From contig CBFIJH010000011.1 in assembly GCA_965662895.1 (NCBI GenBank), forward strand, positions 1 to 64,000: 64,000 bases of DNA, in the 5' to 3' direction. The DNA comes from Candidatus Poseidoniaceae archaeon (lineage in GTDB: Archaea; Thermoplasmatota; Poseidoniia; Poseidoniales; Poseidoniaceae). Below, piece by piece: positions 1 to 10,008 of this stretch (positions within the stretch are counted from its first letter, which is position 1; every line of letters starts with the position of its first letter). The notes beneath the pieces were generated by a model. That model was not told the DNA's origin and did not search any database. It saw only the letters and a list, made by a program, of their open reading frames with translations. A program made the translations under genes and the position numbers.

Positions 1-665
1 ACCAATTTAACGCTACTCTGACATACCCAAATTTGGATCTGTTCAACAATTCAATAGCTACGAATCGTGAATTATACATCTCGGTCTGTAGGGTTAATGA
101 TTGTCGGCTCAATGATGACTGGACTACGCCTTATGAGAATACTTGGTCCACAGGGGAACTCCTACCTCACTACTTTACTATGGGTGATGTGATTCCAGTG
201 AAAATCAACGGGGAATTACCGTGCACGCTTGGATTCATAACGGATGCAGGAGGTTCGTGCCAGCAACCACCCGCATGTACAGATAGGATGCTCAATTTGG
301 TTAGTGGAATTTATTCATCGGATTGTCAGTCAGTTCTGATTACCGATGGTACTTCTGAGACGACAAATCACACATTACCAAATGCGTCTTTGATTTTCTT
401 TGATGGAGGTATTTATGGTGACTCAACGATCTATGTTTGTGACGTAAATGCGGACGCATACTTTCATACGTCCCAGTATGGCACACTAGACGTGTACATT
501 CTCGGTCTTGGAACCTCGAACAATCATAATGTTAGTTGGGCTTTCGGCAGTAATTCAAACGAGGGTTCCATTACAACCAGCACAGGCGGATCGTTTCATT
601 GGGATCTTTCCCAGTACTCGGATATATCATTCCTTGACTGGACCGACCCTGATGGCGTCTGTTGA
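1..665 (+). CDS. 3' end of a larger hypothetical (probably secreted/surface) protein, 5'-truncated by the window
   Basis: Frame 3 is open from base 3 (QFNATLTYPNLDLFNN...) to TGA at 663-665; S/T/D/G/N-rich with several Cys; no family recognised. Confidence 0.6.
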   Translation, partial: QFNATLTYPNLDLFNNSIATNRELYISVCRVNDCRLNDDWTTPYENTWSTGELLPHYFTMGDVIPVKINGELPCTLGFITDAGGSCQQPPACTDRMLNLVSGIYSSDCQSVLITDGTSETTNHTLPNASLIFFDGGIYGDSTIYVCDVNADAYFHTSQYGTLDVYILGLGTSNNHNVSWAFGSNSNEGSITTSTGGSFHWDLSQYSDISFLDWTDPDGVC

Positions 666-757
666 TTGAATCTGTATAGATTTTTTCTCACCAAGGTTGG
701 GTTCAGACTCACAAGAGTTCGGAACCTTCAAATGTTTTCCTCGAGGAAGACGGCCTG

Positions 758-2608
758 ATGAAACGTGACCTCGTATGGATTGTTCTGGTACTAATTCTTG
801 GGGGCAGTGTTCTTGTTTTACTAAACTCCGACGAGAATACGGATCCGAATTTGAATGATGTCGAACGTATTACTTGTCCAGAAGGCGAGGCTCTTGTTGA
901 AAATACATCAAATACAAATGGATACGATTGCATCCTTATCGATCCACATGATGAAGCGCATACGCACCCTGCTCCAACATTGACGATTACGAATGTGGTC
1001 GATAATGGTTCGACCATTGCTATTGACGGGGTTGTTGCACATCTACATCCATCCGAAGTTACAGTGACCGTATCTGTGAATTCTGGTACTGAACAGAGTG
1101 TTTCAGTCAATGACCAAGCAGAATGGTCAGTTTTTCTTCAGTCTGATGCAGAAGGTCTTGTTTCTATTTCAGTTACTGCAAGCCATACAACAGAGAATAC
1201 TGTTTCAGAAGTGACAACGATTGAGGTTGACCGCACGCCTCCAGTCAACGATGATACCGGTGATAATACGAACAATACAACGAACGAGACAGTCGATCAA
1301 GGGAACACTACATCCAATCAAACCGATGATGGTCAAAATGGTAACACAACAGATAACACAAACAATACGGATGATGGTGGAAATGAGACAGAGGAGCCAG
1401 AGGAACCGACTGGTCCAGTGTATAATTCCTCGGATATGGGTCAATTTTGGATGGATGTCTTCCGATGTCAGCCAGGTCAAAACGTCGTTCCCGTTGACGA
1501 TTTGACGACCACAGCAACGGAAGCGTTGGAATGTTCCGTGAGTATTACGATGAATGAAACGCACATTACCATCACGAGCAATGGACTTCCCGATCATGAT
1601 TTCGAGTCAACTTTGGCCTGTTCGCAGGCGAACGATTGTGCTCGAGCTCAGAACTATGAATGGACGATTCCACGGTCTCCTGTCAACGATACAACCGGTG
1701 GGCATGATGCAACAAATTGTCCTGAAGCGCAAGGAAACTACGAGTGTGCTGCAGCATTGGGTGAGGTAGCTATTGCCATCAATGGTGTTCCGTTCTATGG
1801 TCCTGAGGATGGCCCCGGTGGTGATGCAGTTGCCAGTCACCATGGTGTCTATGTTGAAGATCGGCAACCGATTGAACTCGGTGTTTGTCATGCTCATGCT
1901 GGTCAAGGTGGGACCTACCACTATCATGCAGATGCAAATTGTTTGCATTGGCATCCTGAGGAAGGCGAAGATATGTATGATTACGACATCAGTACGCCTA
2001 CTGTCGTGGCCAACAATACGTACGATGGAAACCATTCTCCGGTCATTGGGGTGGCAATGGATGGGTATCCAATTTACGGTTTCTGGGGTTATGATGATGA
2101 CATGAACATCGTTGAGATGACCAGTTCATATCGCTTGAAGCCTGGTGAAACTGGCTACAATGGTATCGATGATTACGAATATGTTCCGGGATTAGGCCAT
2201 CTCGACGTCTGTAATGGCCACTATGGGCCGACTCCTGATTTCCCTGAAGGGATTTATCACTATCATTCAACGATTGTCAATGGAGAGGGCGCCATGGGTT
2301 TCCCTTACTTTTTGATCTGCTACCATGGAGAGGCAGAACTTGATGCTGGTGGTGGCGGTGGAGCAGACTGTTCTGGGCATGGTGTCACATGGGGGCCAGG
2401 TATTGGTCCACCACCTCCTGGCTGTGAGGGTGGTCCTGGGGCTCAATTGGAGGACGTAGAGAACGCATCACGAACCGTTGTCTCCCCTTGTGCAATGATT
2501 TGGTTGCTGTGGTTTGCCTTCGCCATGTTCATGCGTCGAACGTCAAGTGCTCATCAATGGCACAATTTTCGTAACAAATCCAATGGCTTTTGTAACACCA
2601 TCGTCTGA
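758..2608 (+). CDS. YHYH-domain membrane-anchored protein with Ig-like domain and T/N/D-rich linker
   Basis: N-terminal hydrophobic segment; GTYHYH and GIYHYH motifs, HSPVIGVAMDGYPIYG, LDVCNGH; C-terminal hydrophobic segment followed by RR. Confidence 0.85.
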   Translation: MKRDLVWIVLVLILGGSVLVLLNSDENTDPNLNDVERITCPEGEALVENTSNTNGYDCILIDPHDEAHTHPAPTLTITNVVDNGSTIAIDGVVAHLHPSEVTVTVSVNSGTEQSVSVNDQAEWSVFLQSDAEGLVSISVTASHTTENTVSEVTTIEVDRTPPVNDDTGDNTNNTTNETVDQGNTTSNQTDDGQNGNTTDNTNNTDDGGNETEEPEEPTGPVYNSSDMGQFWMDVFRCQPGQNVVPVDDLTTTATEALECSVSITMNETHITITSNGLPDHDFESTLACSQANDCARAQNYEWTIPRSPVNDTTGGHDATNCPEAQGNYECAAALGEVAIAINGVPFYGPEDGPGGDAVASHHGVYVEDRQPIELGVCHAHAGQGGTYHYHADANCLHWHPEEGEDMYDYDISTPTVVANNTYDGNHSPVIGVAMDGYPIYGFWGYDDDMNIVEMTSSYRLKPGETGYNGIDDYEYVPGLGHLDVCNGHYGPTPDFPEGIYHYHSTIVNGEGAMGFPYFLICYHGEAELDAGGGGGADCSGHGVTWGPGIGPPPPGCEGGPGAQLEDVENASRTVVSPCAMIWLLWFAFAMFMRRTSSAHQWHNFRNKSNGFCNTIV

Positions 2609-2672
2609 TGAGATACATAAACCGCGGTTTTATTTTCACGACTTTTGATTTTCAATAAACATACTGTCATAT

Positions 2673-2939
2673 ATGGTTGTACACCCATCACGGATTATGC
2701 TGAACCTAAAAACAAACGACGAAGCTTCGTTTCCTGTCCTTAACGGGCTAGGATTCATCTTTGGACTAATTGGCGTTGTTGCTATCTTCATACAACAATC
2801 GCTGACGACATTGCTACCCCTTTTGGTGCCACTTGTGGTGTGCGTTGTACTTTGCACAGTGCTGATCAGGTCCCATCAGAAGACAACCACAGATGAAGAG
2901 AACATAACGCCAAGCCCTGTAAGAATTGACATCATGTGA
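2673..2939 (+). CDS. small hypothetical membrane protein (2 TM)
   Basis: Two hydrophobic stretches; fills the gap between real genes; start uncertain. Confidence 0.45.
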   Translation: MVVHPSRIMLNLKTNDEASFPVLNGLGFIFGLIGVVAIFIQQSLTTLLPLLVPLVVCVVLCTVLIRSHQKTTTDEENITPSPVRIDIM

Positions 2940-2978
2940 TTTTGGCCTTCTTCGAAAGAATATGGCGAACATTGTTGG

Positions 2979-3386
2979 CTAATTCATTGAATTCAACAAA
3001 TATGCAGTGTTGATGACTCCTGCAAAGGATACCCAAGCAATGTAGGGCCACATGAGTCGCGATGCGAAGGGTGAAACATCGTGAATAAGGTAGACGTAAC
3101 CCAAGGAAAAGACGATCATCCCGATAATCATCAACAGAGAGATGAGATATTGTTCCGAATTGAACACAGATGGCCAAGCAAGGTTGAGGGCGAGTTGGAT
3201 GAGGAAACAGGCGACAATGAGGTTGAATTGCTGAAGTTCGTCCTGTTTGCTGAGAACAGACGTGAAACTGATGGCGAGCGTCGTGTAAAGAACGGCCCAA
3301 ACAGGACCAACAACCCAACCTGGTGGCTGAAAGAAAGGTTCGTATTCTGAATCAAATGTCACTTGATTCGCCCAATCGAGAATCAC
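2979..3386 (-). CDS. tspO: TspO/MBR family tryptophan-rich sensory protein (short form)
   Basis: [30 protein letters not shown] and [14 protein letters not shown] motifs; GTG start overlaps the rpoK stop (GTGA). Confidence 0.85.
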   Translation of the reverse strand: MILDWANQVTFDSEYEPFFQPPGWVVGPVWAVLYTTLAISFTSVLSKQDELQQFNLIVACFLIQLALNLAWPSVFNSEQYLISLLMIIGMIVFSLGYVYLIHDVSPFASRLMWPYIAWVSFAGVINTAYLLNSMN

Positions 3387-3640
3387 TCATCAAGGTGTGG
3401 ATCGATATCGATTGGAATAAGTTCGTTGTCGTACTCATAGACAGCAATCTTGAGTGGGTCGAGAACGAAGCGGACACTTGCTTCTTCGAGTCCGTAGAGG
3501 GAAATGAGTTCGGCCTTGAACTCTTCTCGGAGTTCATCTTCCTTGGCATAAAGTGGGGCGCCCATTCCGATTTGGAGTGCACGTGCACCGATGATTCGAG
3601 CTCGTTCAAAACGCGTGTGGAGTCGTGCTGGCTTGACCAT
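3383..3640 (-). CDS. rpoK: DNA-directed RNA polymerase subunit K (Rpo6)
   Basis: [21 protein letters not shown] signature; DPLKIA..E....IP tail. Confidence 0.95.
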   Translation of the reverse strand: MVKPARLHTRFERARIIGARALQIGMGAPLYAKEDELREEFKAELISLYGLEEASVRFVLDPLKIAVYEYDNELIPIDIDPHLDE

Positions 3641-3711
3641 TTTTTCACCTTACGACGCTACCGTCGCAGTGTTTCGACTGAGGTCCTGTTCTTCAACCCA
3701 TCGGAGGGTTC

Positions 3712-4674
3712 TCATTCGGATTCACGATACAGATTCTTTTGCTTTCTTGTGGTTTGAATGTACATGATGAACGCTGGAATGATTGCTGCGAGCAACAATC
3801 CGAACACTGCGATGGCGAGATCAGGCTCTCCCACGTCGGTTGATTGATCTGCGTTGAAATCGTCTGGCCCTTCATCGACCATGTCGTAGCCTTGCGAACT
3901 TAGCGATGAAGCACGGGTGAGCGGAATTCGACCGGGAGTTTCAAGTGTGACCACGATGCTTGTCACGTCATCATCCAAGAGATGTGAGATGTTCATTGAA
4001 CTGTTGTAGACGTGATATGGAATTTCGGTCTCATTTGTACCGTTGGTGGTGTTGAAGACCTCGTTTGTTACGTTCGCATAGACGTGATTGGTGACAACAT
4101 ATTCCTGATTAACGGATGTAAATTCATGCGGACGGTTCTTCGTAATCCACACGTGAACAATATGTCCATCATCGGCTTGCCAAGAAAGCGTTCCATTGGT
4201 AAGTTTGACTTCAAGGAATCCGCTCCAATTTCGGGTGAAATTGTCGAGTGTTGCCTTCAATTCATTGGACTGGGACGGGCCTACAAGCAATCCTTCTCCA
4301 TTCAGGACTACATCAGGAACGCCCCAAAATCCATACGTTTCGTACAATCGAATGTTGGACTCTGAATAGAAATGGAGGTCGGCAGGAGAAGGGTGATGTT
4401 GCACGATTGTTGTATCGGTGCGATTGAGCGCATTCAACTCCTCTGAAACCAAGGCACAAGGTTCGCACCAGTCTGCAGAGAAGTACTCGATGAAATGGGT
4501 TGTTTCTTGAGCGTCACAAGTCTCGTTTGAAAGGGCACAACCAACATCAATTGTCCGCACATCGTACAATTTTGCTGGAGCATATTCGCCGAAATGGCCA
4601 ATATGGGCAACGGTTTGAGAAGAAAGAACCACCGTTAGAAGCAACGCTGCCAGCAATACAGTTGGCTTCCTCAT
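3712..4674 (-). CDS. secreted, membrane-anchored thioredoxin-fold (CxxC) protein
   Basis: Signal peptide, EYFSADWCEPC, cis-Pro-like GVPDVVLNG, C-terminal TM plus basic tail. Confidence 0.7.
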   Translation of the reverse strand: MRKPTVLLAALLLTVVLSSQTVAHIGHFGEYAPAKLYDVRTIDVGCALSNETCDAQETTHFIEYFSADWCEPCALVSEELNALNRTDTTIVQHHPSPADLHFYSESNIRLYETYGFWGVPDVVLNGEGLLVGPSQSNELKATLDNFTRNWSGFLEVKLTNGTLSWQADDGHIVHVWITKNRPHEFTSVNQEYVVTNHVYANVTNEVFNTTNGTNETEIPYHVYNSSMNISHLLDDDVTSIVVTLETPGRIPLTRASSLSSQGYDMVDEGPDDFNADQSTDVGEPDLAIAVFGLLLAAIIPAFIMYIQTTRKQKNLYRESE

Positions 4675-4725
4675 GGTTCGTGGACGTAGGGTCTTGTTAA
4701 AAGAGGGCTGCCCTCACGGCTTGAC

Positions 4726-5796
4726 ATGGACAAGCCTTGGTGGAAGCGACCATCGACGCTCCCTCTTGTTCTCGTGGTTATGGCGTTGCTCATTATCGTG
4801 GTTGGTGGAACCATACGTATCCACGATGCGGGAGAGTCATGCCCGGATTGGCCTCAATGTTTCGGAACTTGGGGATTCATGGTCGATGAAGCAGAACAGG
4901 CTGCTTATTGGGATGCAAATCCCGATCAAATCGACAGTCGAGGGGCAGATCATCGTTACACAATCTTCGAAATTTTTGTTGAATGGTTCCATCGCCTCCT
5001 CGTTGGTATCATCGCTGTTCCAATACTCATCAATGCGATTGTTGCGCAGAAACTCAAATCAGAATACGGTGAAGGTTTGAGAAATCTTGCTGTTGTTTCA
5101 GGAATCCTTCTGGTGATTCAGGCCATCGCTGGTGCCATTACTGTCTATTTCGATAATGCTGACTGGACGGTTGCGATGCATCTTTCCTTGGCGAGCATCT
5201 TCACCTCATTGCTCGTCTGGCAGTACATTGCCATGCGTGCTCATGAAGGAGCGAATTGGGCGTTTCTTTCAACTTCAACGGAGTTCATAAATCGACAAAA
5301 GAATCGATTGATCAACATCACTGCTTCTGTTTTCATTCTCTTGATTCTCGGTGCGTGGGTTTCAAGCACAGCTGGCGGAAATTACAATCAAGCCTGTAAC
5401 ATAGGTTTCCCAGACGGTTGGCCAAAGTGTCAAGGCTCGATTCTACCCAGCATCGATGGTCCAGGTATCCTTGTTCAAATGGTGCATCGATTTGGTGCGG
5501 CAATCGTTGGTCTTGTCCTGATTTTAACTGCAGCAAAAATCCGAGTTGATGCGCGTGACTTCGGAGAGGGCGAGGGATTCTCAAGAGCAGCAGAGGTTGT
5601 AACCGGCTTTTGGATTCTGAATGTATTTGTCGGCGGAATGTACATCGTTCTTGCTGATGCGAAAGAGTTTCCAGAATTCATTTCATTGCTGCATCTGGTG
5701 TTTGGTGTAACCTCGTTCATTGCTGCTGCGGTAACGCTGATGATGCTCAGGCTAGCATATCTTCGCAAAACTGATGTCGTCGGTGAGCAAGAATGA
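4726..5796 (+). CDS. ctaA: heme A synthase (COX15/CtaA)
   Basis: CPDWPQC, EWFHR, AMHL, QMVHR and LLHL heme-ligand motifs; about 8 TM. Confidence 0.93.
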   Translation: MDKPWWKRPSTLPLVLVVMALLIIVVGGTIRIHDAGESCPDWPQCFGTWGFMVDEAEQAAYWDANPDQIDSRGADHRYTIFEIFVEWFHRLLVGIIAVPILINAIVAQKLKSEYGEGLRNLAVVSGILLVIQAIAGAITVYFDNADWTVAMHLSLASIFTSLLVWQYIAMRAHEGANWAFLSTSTEFINRQKNRLINITASVFILLILGAWVSSTAGGNYNQACNIGFPDGWPKCQGSILPSIDGPGILVQMVHRFGAAIVGLVLILTAAKIRVDARDFGEGEGFSRAAEVVTGFWILNVFVGGMYIVLADAKEFPEFISLLHLVFGVTSFIAAAVTLMMLRLAYLRKTDVVGEQE

Positions 5797-6788
5797 GTGA
5801 AGATCAACCCTCTTTGGTTTCGCTGTTTATTCGTTTGATGAAACTCCGAGTCATTGTCCTCCTCCAAATTACGGCCATTTGTGCGATTCTTGTACACGAT
5901 TCGCTTGCACGTTATGATCTCATTGACATTGAACGGACGTGGCTCGATACGCTGTGGGCCTCATTGGTAACGCTCGTGGGAGGAACACTCTCAGCAGGGG
6001 GGTCAAATGCAATCAACATGTGGTACGATCGAGACATCGATACAAAGATGCGGCGTACACAAAACCGTCCTCTTCCGAGGGGACAACTCCAGCCTAGGAC
6101 CGTTCTTTTGTTTGGAGTTCTTATTTCAATAACGGGTTCTTCGTTGTTCCTTCTGCTTCATTGGAAGGCTGCATTTTGGTCGTTCTTTTCGGTTGGATTT
6201 TATGTGTTCATATACACCATGTGGCTGAAGCGAAGAACACCTCAAAACATCGTTATCGGAGGTGCAGCAGGTGCCACTCCGCCCCTTATTGGCTGGGCAG
6301 GAGCAGCTTCAGCGTCAATCAATTCGATGAATCCGTTCGATCTTGGTTCACCAATTCCATGGATGCTGTTCGCTTTGATTTTCTTTTGGACTCCTCCACA
6401 TTTCTGGGCACTTGCCTTGTATCGTTCAGGAGAATATGCAAAAGCAAATGTCCCGATGATGAATGAAGTGAAAGGTGCAAAACGGACGTTGACCGAATCA
6501 AAAGTCTACTGTGGAGGACTGTTTCTGCTCGGATCAGTGCCGTGTTTTTGGCCAGAGTCGGGTCTTCCGCTCCTCTGGGCATTCGTTGCAGGGGGGCTCA
6601 CGATTTGGTATGCCCAATCCGTTTGGCAAATCGATGTTGATGAGCCGCTTGATGAAAACGGACGAATGCCAAAAGCTGCGAAGTCCTTCTTCCGTTCTCT
6701 TGCTTACCTCGGAGCGATGTTCTTTTCTCTTGTCATCATCTCGTTCGTCCCACCAAACTGGTTGGGAATCCTTGGTCCGTTAGGTTAA
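5793..6788 (+). CDS. ctaB: protoheme IX farnesyltransferase (heme O synthase)
   Basis: NMWYDRDIDTKMRRTQNRPLP, YTMWLKRRTPQNIVIGG, WTPPHFWALAL; ATGA overlap with ctaA. Confidence 0.95.
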   Translation: MSEDQPSLVSLFIRLMKLRVIVLLQITAICAILVHDSLARYDLIDIERTWLDTLWASLVTLVGGTLSAGGSNAINMWYDRDIDTKMRRTQNRPLPRGQLQPRTVLLFGVLISITGSSLFLLLHWKAAFWSFFSVGFYVFIYTMWLKRRTPQNIVIGGAAGATPPLIGWAGAASASINSMNPFDLGSPIPWMLFALIFFWTPPHFWALALYRSGEYAKANVPMMNEVKGAKRTLTESKVYCGGLFLLGSVPCFWPESGLPLLWAFVAGGLTIWYAQSVWQIDVDEPLDENGRMPKAAKSFFRSLAYLGAMFFSLVIISFVPPNWLGILGPLG

Positions 6789-6789
6789 G

Positions 6790-6877
6790 TGGCGCGGTGA
6801 GGGAGATTCGAACTCCCGAGGGACTTAACCCACTGGATTAGCAATCCAGCGCAATGGCCAGGCTATGCGATCACCGC
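6790..6877 (-). tRNA. tRNA-Ser(GCT), CCA encoded, no intron
   Basis: Minus strand reads GCGGTGA..TAGCCTGG..CTGGA-TTGCTAA-TCCAG..long variable arm..GGGAG-TTCGAAT-CTCCC-TCACCGC-G-CCA. Confidence 0.95.
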
Positions 6878-6935
6878 AGCGAAGCGAGCCACCAGCAGTT
6901 GAGTCATGAATATGACGGTTCGGAAATCCACGAAA

Positions 6936-9872
6936 TCAATCGAAGAACTCTTCGAAATCATCAGCCATATTCCGTGTCGCAGCATTACGTTTCCGTGCTT
7001 CCATAACACGCTTTAATCGAGCACCTCGCTTGATTGTAATCGGAATAAACAAGGCATTGAGAACGACGAGGACAAGCACAGCGAGACCAGCTGTTTGGAA
7101 TTCGCTGACCTGTGTGTAATCGAGGAAATCTTGCAACCATTGCATACCTAGAGGCGGCTCTTCAGGCTCTGGTTCTTCGGGTATGATGTGTTGGTTGTAG
7201 TTCCACCATTGATCCTCCATGTAAACTCTCAATATGTTTCCATTCGGAAGATCAAACGTGTTTTCATTTCCGCTGGAATCAATTGGTGCAAGCACGTAAT
7301 AGTACGTTCGCAGCGGGCGAATTCCGTCGATTTCTAATCCAGACTGATTAAACGACCCCTGTTCTCCGGGTGTCCCTTCGAGATTGGTTTGAATTGGAGT
7401 TGCGAGTTTGAGATCAACCGTACTTGGCTGGACTTCCATGCGATACAGGTTCCACTTGACTCCATCCAACTCGCCGCTGGCTGGCCATTCCCAAGTCAAG
7501 TTTAGCTCGTAACATGCGTTCCAGTTTCGCTGCATGTTGAAACAATCTGTCGAATTGGTAAATCTATAGGTGTGTGAGAACGAAGATATTTGCGTCGATG
7601 GTGCGATTGCATCACCGCAGATTCGCGACTCTCCGGATTCGACTGGAACGTGGATTCGAGACATATCCAGAACACCTGCTCGGTTCGAAGGAACAATGGC
7701 ATACGATGCGCATGTTCCTGTAGGAAGTGGTGTTGGGTCGACCCACGCTTCCGATTGTGCAGAAATTGAATCCCAAGGTTCGACTGAAAGTAACTCTTCC
7801 CAAACATTGGCGTTTGTTTCAACTGCGGGATCAGGGAAGGTGGCATCGTTCTGAGAAACGCTCAGCAGTTTGAAAATCTTGAATCCACCCAAATATGGAT
7901 TCTCTGTTTCTCCTTGGGCATTCCATACGAGCTCAATTGTTCCTCCTGCCAGTTTGTTGTGTGAGAGGTTGTCGAGTGATATGTCGGGTAGTGGCAACGA
8001 TCCAACGACCAATAAGACCATGTTCGAATGGATGCGAACACTCAAGTTCCCATCCCCGAGATATTCAAATTGATCGGGCAATTGAAGGTTTGACCAAAGC
8101 GAGGCATCAATCGAAGGAAGCGATTTAATTTCGACAGACTCGTGAGGGATCGTGTCAGGTAGAAGTTCAGAAAGATTGATGTTAAGGTCAATCGATTGAA
8201 CCTGAGCAGGTTGCTGTACATCATCGAGTTGCAGAAGTTCAAATTTCAGCAACATCAAGGGTTCTTTTCCACCCGGAGTGTTGTAATTCATACCATCTTT
8301 CGGGTATTGGACGTCGTAGAAGAAACTCGCCTCATCAAAGGATACTGCTGAACCGGTCATGAGGGGTTCTTCTTGAATGAGGATTTCATCAATTATTCGA
8401 ATCATAACTGTGGTATTCGCATCATTGCCTAACACATCTTCGACTTTAAGTGAAATCTCGTACTCACCAAGCGGATAATCCGAGGCATTCAACGTGATTG
8501 ATTGGTTGTCGCCAATCTCAAACACACCTTGCAATTTCCATTGATAGAAGAGGGGTTTCGGTGCAACATCGTTGGTGAACGCTGAGAAAATGATTGTGTC
8601 CGCTGTTGTGAAAATTGCTGAATTGGAGTTCATGGTGATGATTGGAAGAATTTGCCCGGCCTGAATTGAGGTGGTCTCGAGCAGTGTGTTGTCCGAAGGA
8701 CCGGTATCGGACCGTCCATCAAACACAGTCGGAATATCGACTCGAAACACCTTTCCGTCGCCTGTGTGGTACAAGTCAAACATACATGTCGAGGATTCGC
8801 TCGGATTGAGTTTTGTCAAGTTGCACGTCTCAATATACTCGGATTCTCCAATGGCATCAAACAACTCAAATGTGACGGTAATATCTTCCGCAGAGATATT
8901 GCCAACGTTCTCAATCTCGACAGAAAGCATGTCTTCGCCGTAGAAATAATTCGGTGCGAAGGCGTTGTGGGAAGGGTACATACTTCCAACCCGCAGGTCC
9001 AGGGTATTGTCAAGAACAATCTCAATTTGCCTGAGGTTGTTTTCTTCGATTAAGTCTCCCTGGAAGGTGCTTGTGCTATCAATGAGCCCGAACTCAAAAA
9101 CATACCTTCCTGGATCAGAATAGTTGAGAGCTGGAAGTGTGGCTGTGAACGGTTGTCCGTAACCAGCTGATGGCAAATTGGATACACTCACGTTCGAGGT
9201 TGCTAAAAGGTCCCCACTGAGTGAGAGTAGATTCCAGCCCATGTACCCAATGAATCCACAAGAGCTGCAAGAATTTACAATCCCATAAATGCTCATGACG
9301 TAGTCCTGGTCGGTGTTAAGAACGTACTCACCGTTGTAGGAGTTGAGGTTCGCAAGCGTGTCGCGTGGGTCTTGATTCTGGTTGATTGAAACGTCGCTGT
9401 ATTGGTCGGTGACGTTGAAGTTGTATGAAATACTGTCATCCGTCGAATCGACGTCTGCAACTCTAAATTTGTAAACGACTGTGTAACTGCCGATGATTCC
9501 ATTTGGGAACCATTGGCTTTGGCTGGTAAAGTTACCAACATCACCGTTTGAGAGGCCATTCACGCTAATTTCGCCATTCGCAAGGTTGGTCGAGATGCAA
9601 TTTGATGCGGACTTTATGTCTTGACAGATGTACCAGTCGATGATTCTTACAGAATCTTGCGCCTTGTAACCTTGATTTTCGACTTGGACTGAGAACGTGA
9701 TCGCATCAAAAGGCGGGTAGTATCTGTCTTCAAGTGGAGCGTTTTCAGATAGAATTGCCAAGTCGACTTGTTCAACTGCTGCAGCATTTGGTACGGTAAG
9801 AACAGCCGAGAAGAGCGATATTGTCATGAGCAAAATCAGGCTAATGCCTGTTTTTTCCTTTGCAACAGCCAT
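6936..9872 (-). CDS. large acidic cell-surface protein with CARDB/Ig-like repeats and C-terminal TM anchor
   Basis: Probable start MAVAKEK (GGAG upstream); signal peptide; DLAI..V.VENQG, VEIENVGN and DNT/ENN motifs typical of CARDB-like domains; C-terminal TM plus basic tail. Confidence 0.7.
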   Translation of the reverse strand: MAVAKEKTGISLILLMTISLFSAVLTVPNAAAVEQVDLAILSENAPLEDRYYPPFDAITFSVQVENQGYKAQDSVRIIDWYICQDIKSASNCISTNLANGEISVNGLSNGDVGNFTSQSQWFPNGIIGSYTVVYKFRVADVDSTDDSISYNFNVTDQYSDVSINQNQDPRDTLANLNSYNGEYVLNTDQDYVMSIYGIVNSCSSCGFIGYMGWNLLSLSGDLLATSNVSVSNLPSAGYGQPFTATLPALNYSDPGRYVFEFGLIDSTSTFQGDLIEENNLRQIEIVLDNTLDLRVGSMYPSHNAFAPNYFYGEDMLSVEIENVGNISAEDITVTFELFDAIGESEYIETCNLTKLNPSESSTCMFDLYHTGDGKVFRVDIPTVFDGRSDTGPSDNTLLETTSIQAGQILPIITMNSNSAIFTTADTIIFSAFTNDVAPKPLFYQWKLQGVFEIGDNQSITLNASDYPLGEYEISLKVEDVLGNDANTTVMIRIIDEILIQEEPLMTGSAVSFDEASFFYDVQYPKDGMNYNTPGGKEPLMLLKFELLQLDDVQQPAQVQSIDLNINLSELLPDTIPHESVEIKSLPSIDASLWSNLQLPDQFEYLGDGNLSVRIHSNMVLLVVGSLPLPDISLDNLSHNKLAGGTIELVWNAQGETENPYLGGFKIFKLLSVSQNDATFPDPAVETNANVWEELLSVEPWDSISAQSEAWVDPTPLPTGTCASYAIVPSNRAGVLDMSRIHVPVESGESRICGDAIAPSTQISSFSHTYRFTNSTDCFNMQRNWNACYELNLTWEWPASGELDGVKWNLYRMEVQPSTVDLKLATPIQTNLEGTPGEQGSFNQSGLEIDGIRPLRTYYYVLAPIDSSGNENTFDLPNGNILRVYMEDQWWNYNQHIIPEEPEPEEPPLGMQWLQDFLDYTQVSEFQTAGLAVLVLVVLNALFIPITIKRGARLKRVMEARKRNAATRNMADDFEEFFD

Positions 9873-10008
9873 GGGCTCCGCTCCTGTCATCATACAATGG
9901 TCGCATGGATGATTCAAAGACTCATCGCATGAATCAGGGTGAAAACAACCAGTTCGGAACGTGATGAATATTGGCAACGTTCATGACATACCTTGTCGTG
10001 GTCAACGC

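Noticed and set aside
1240-1420. ACA/AAC/GAT-rich low-complexity stretch
   Set aside because: It encodes the T/N/D-rich linker of the YHYH protein and is not a DNA-level repeat
6790-6877. tRNA-Ser as the attachment site of an integrated element
   Set aside because: No integrase was seen, I noticed no duplicated tRNA 3' end, and housekeeping ctaB abuts the tRNA
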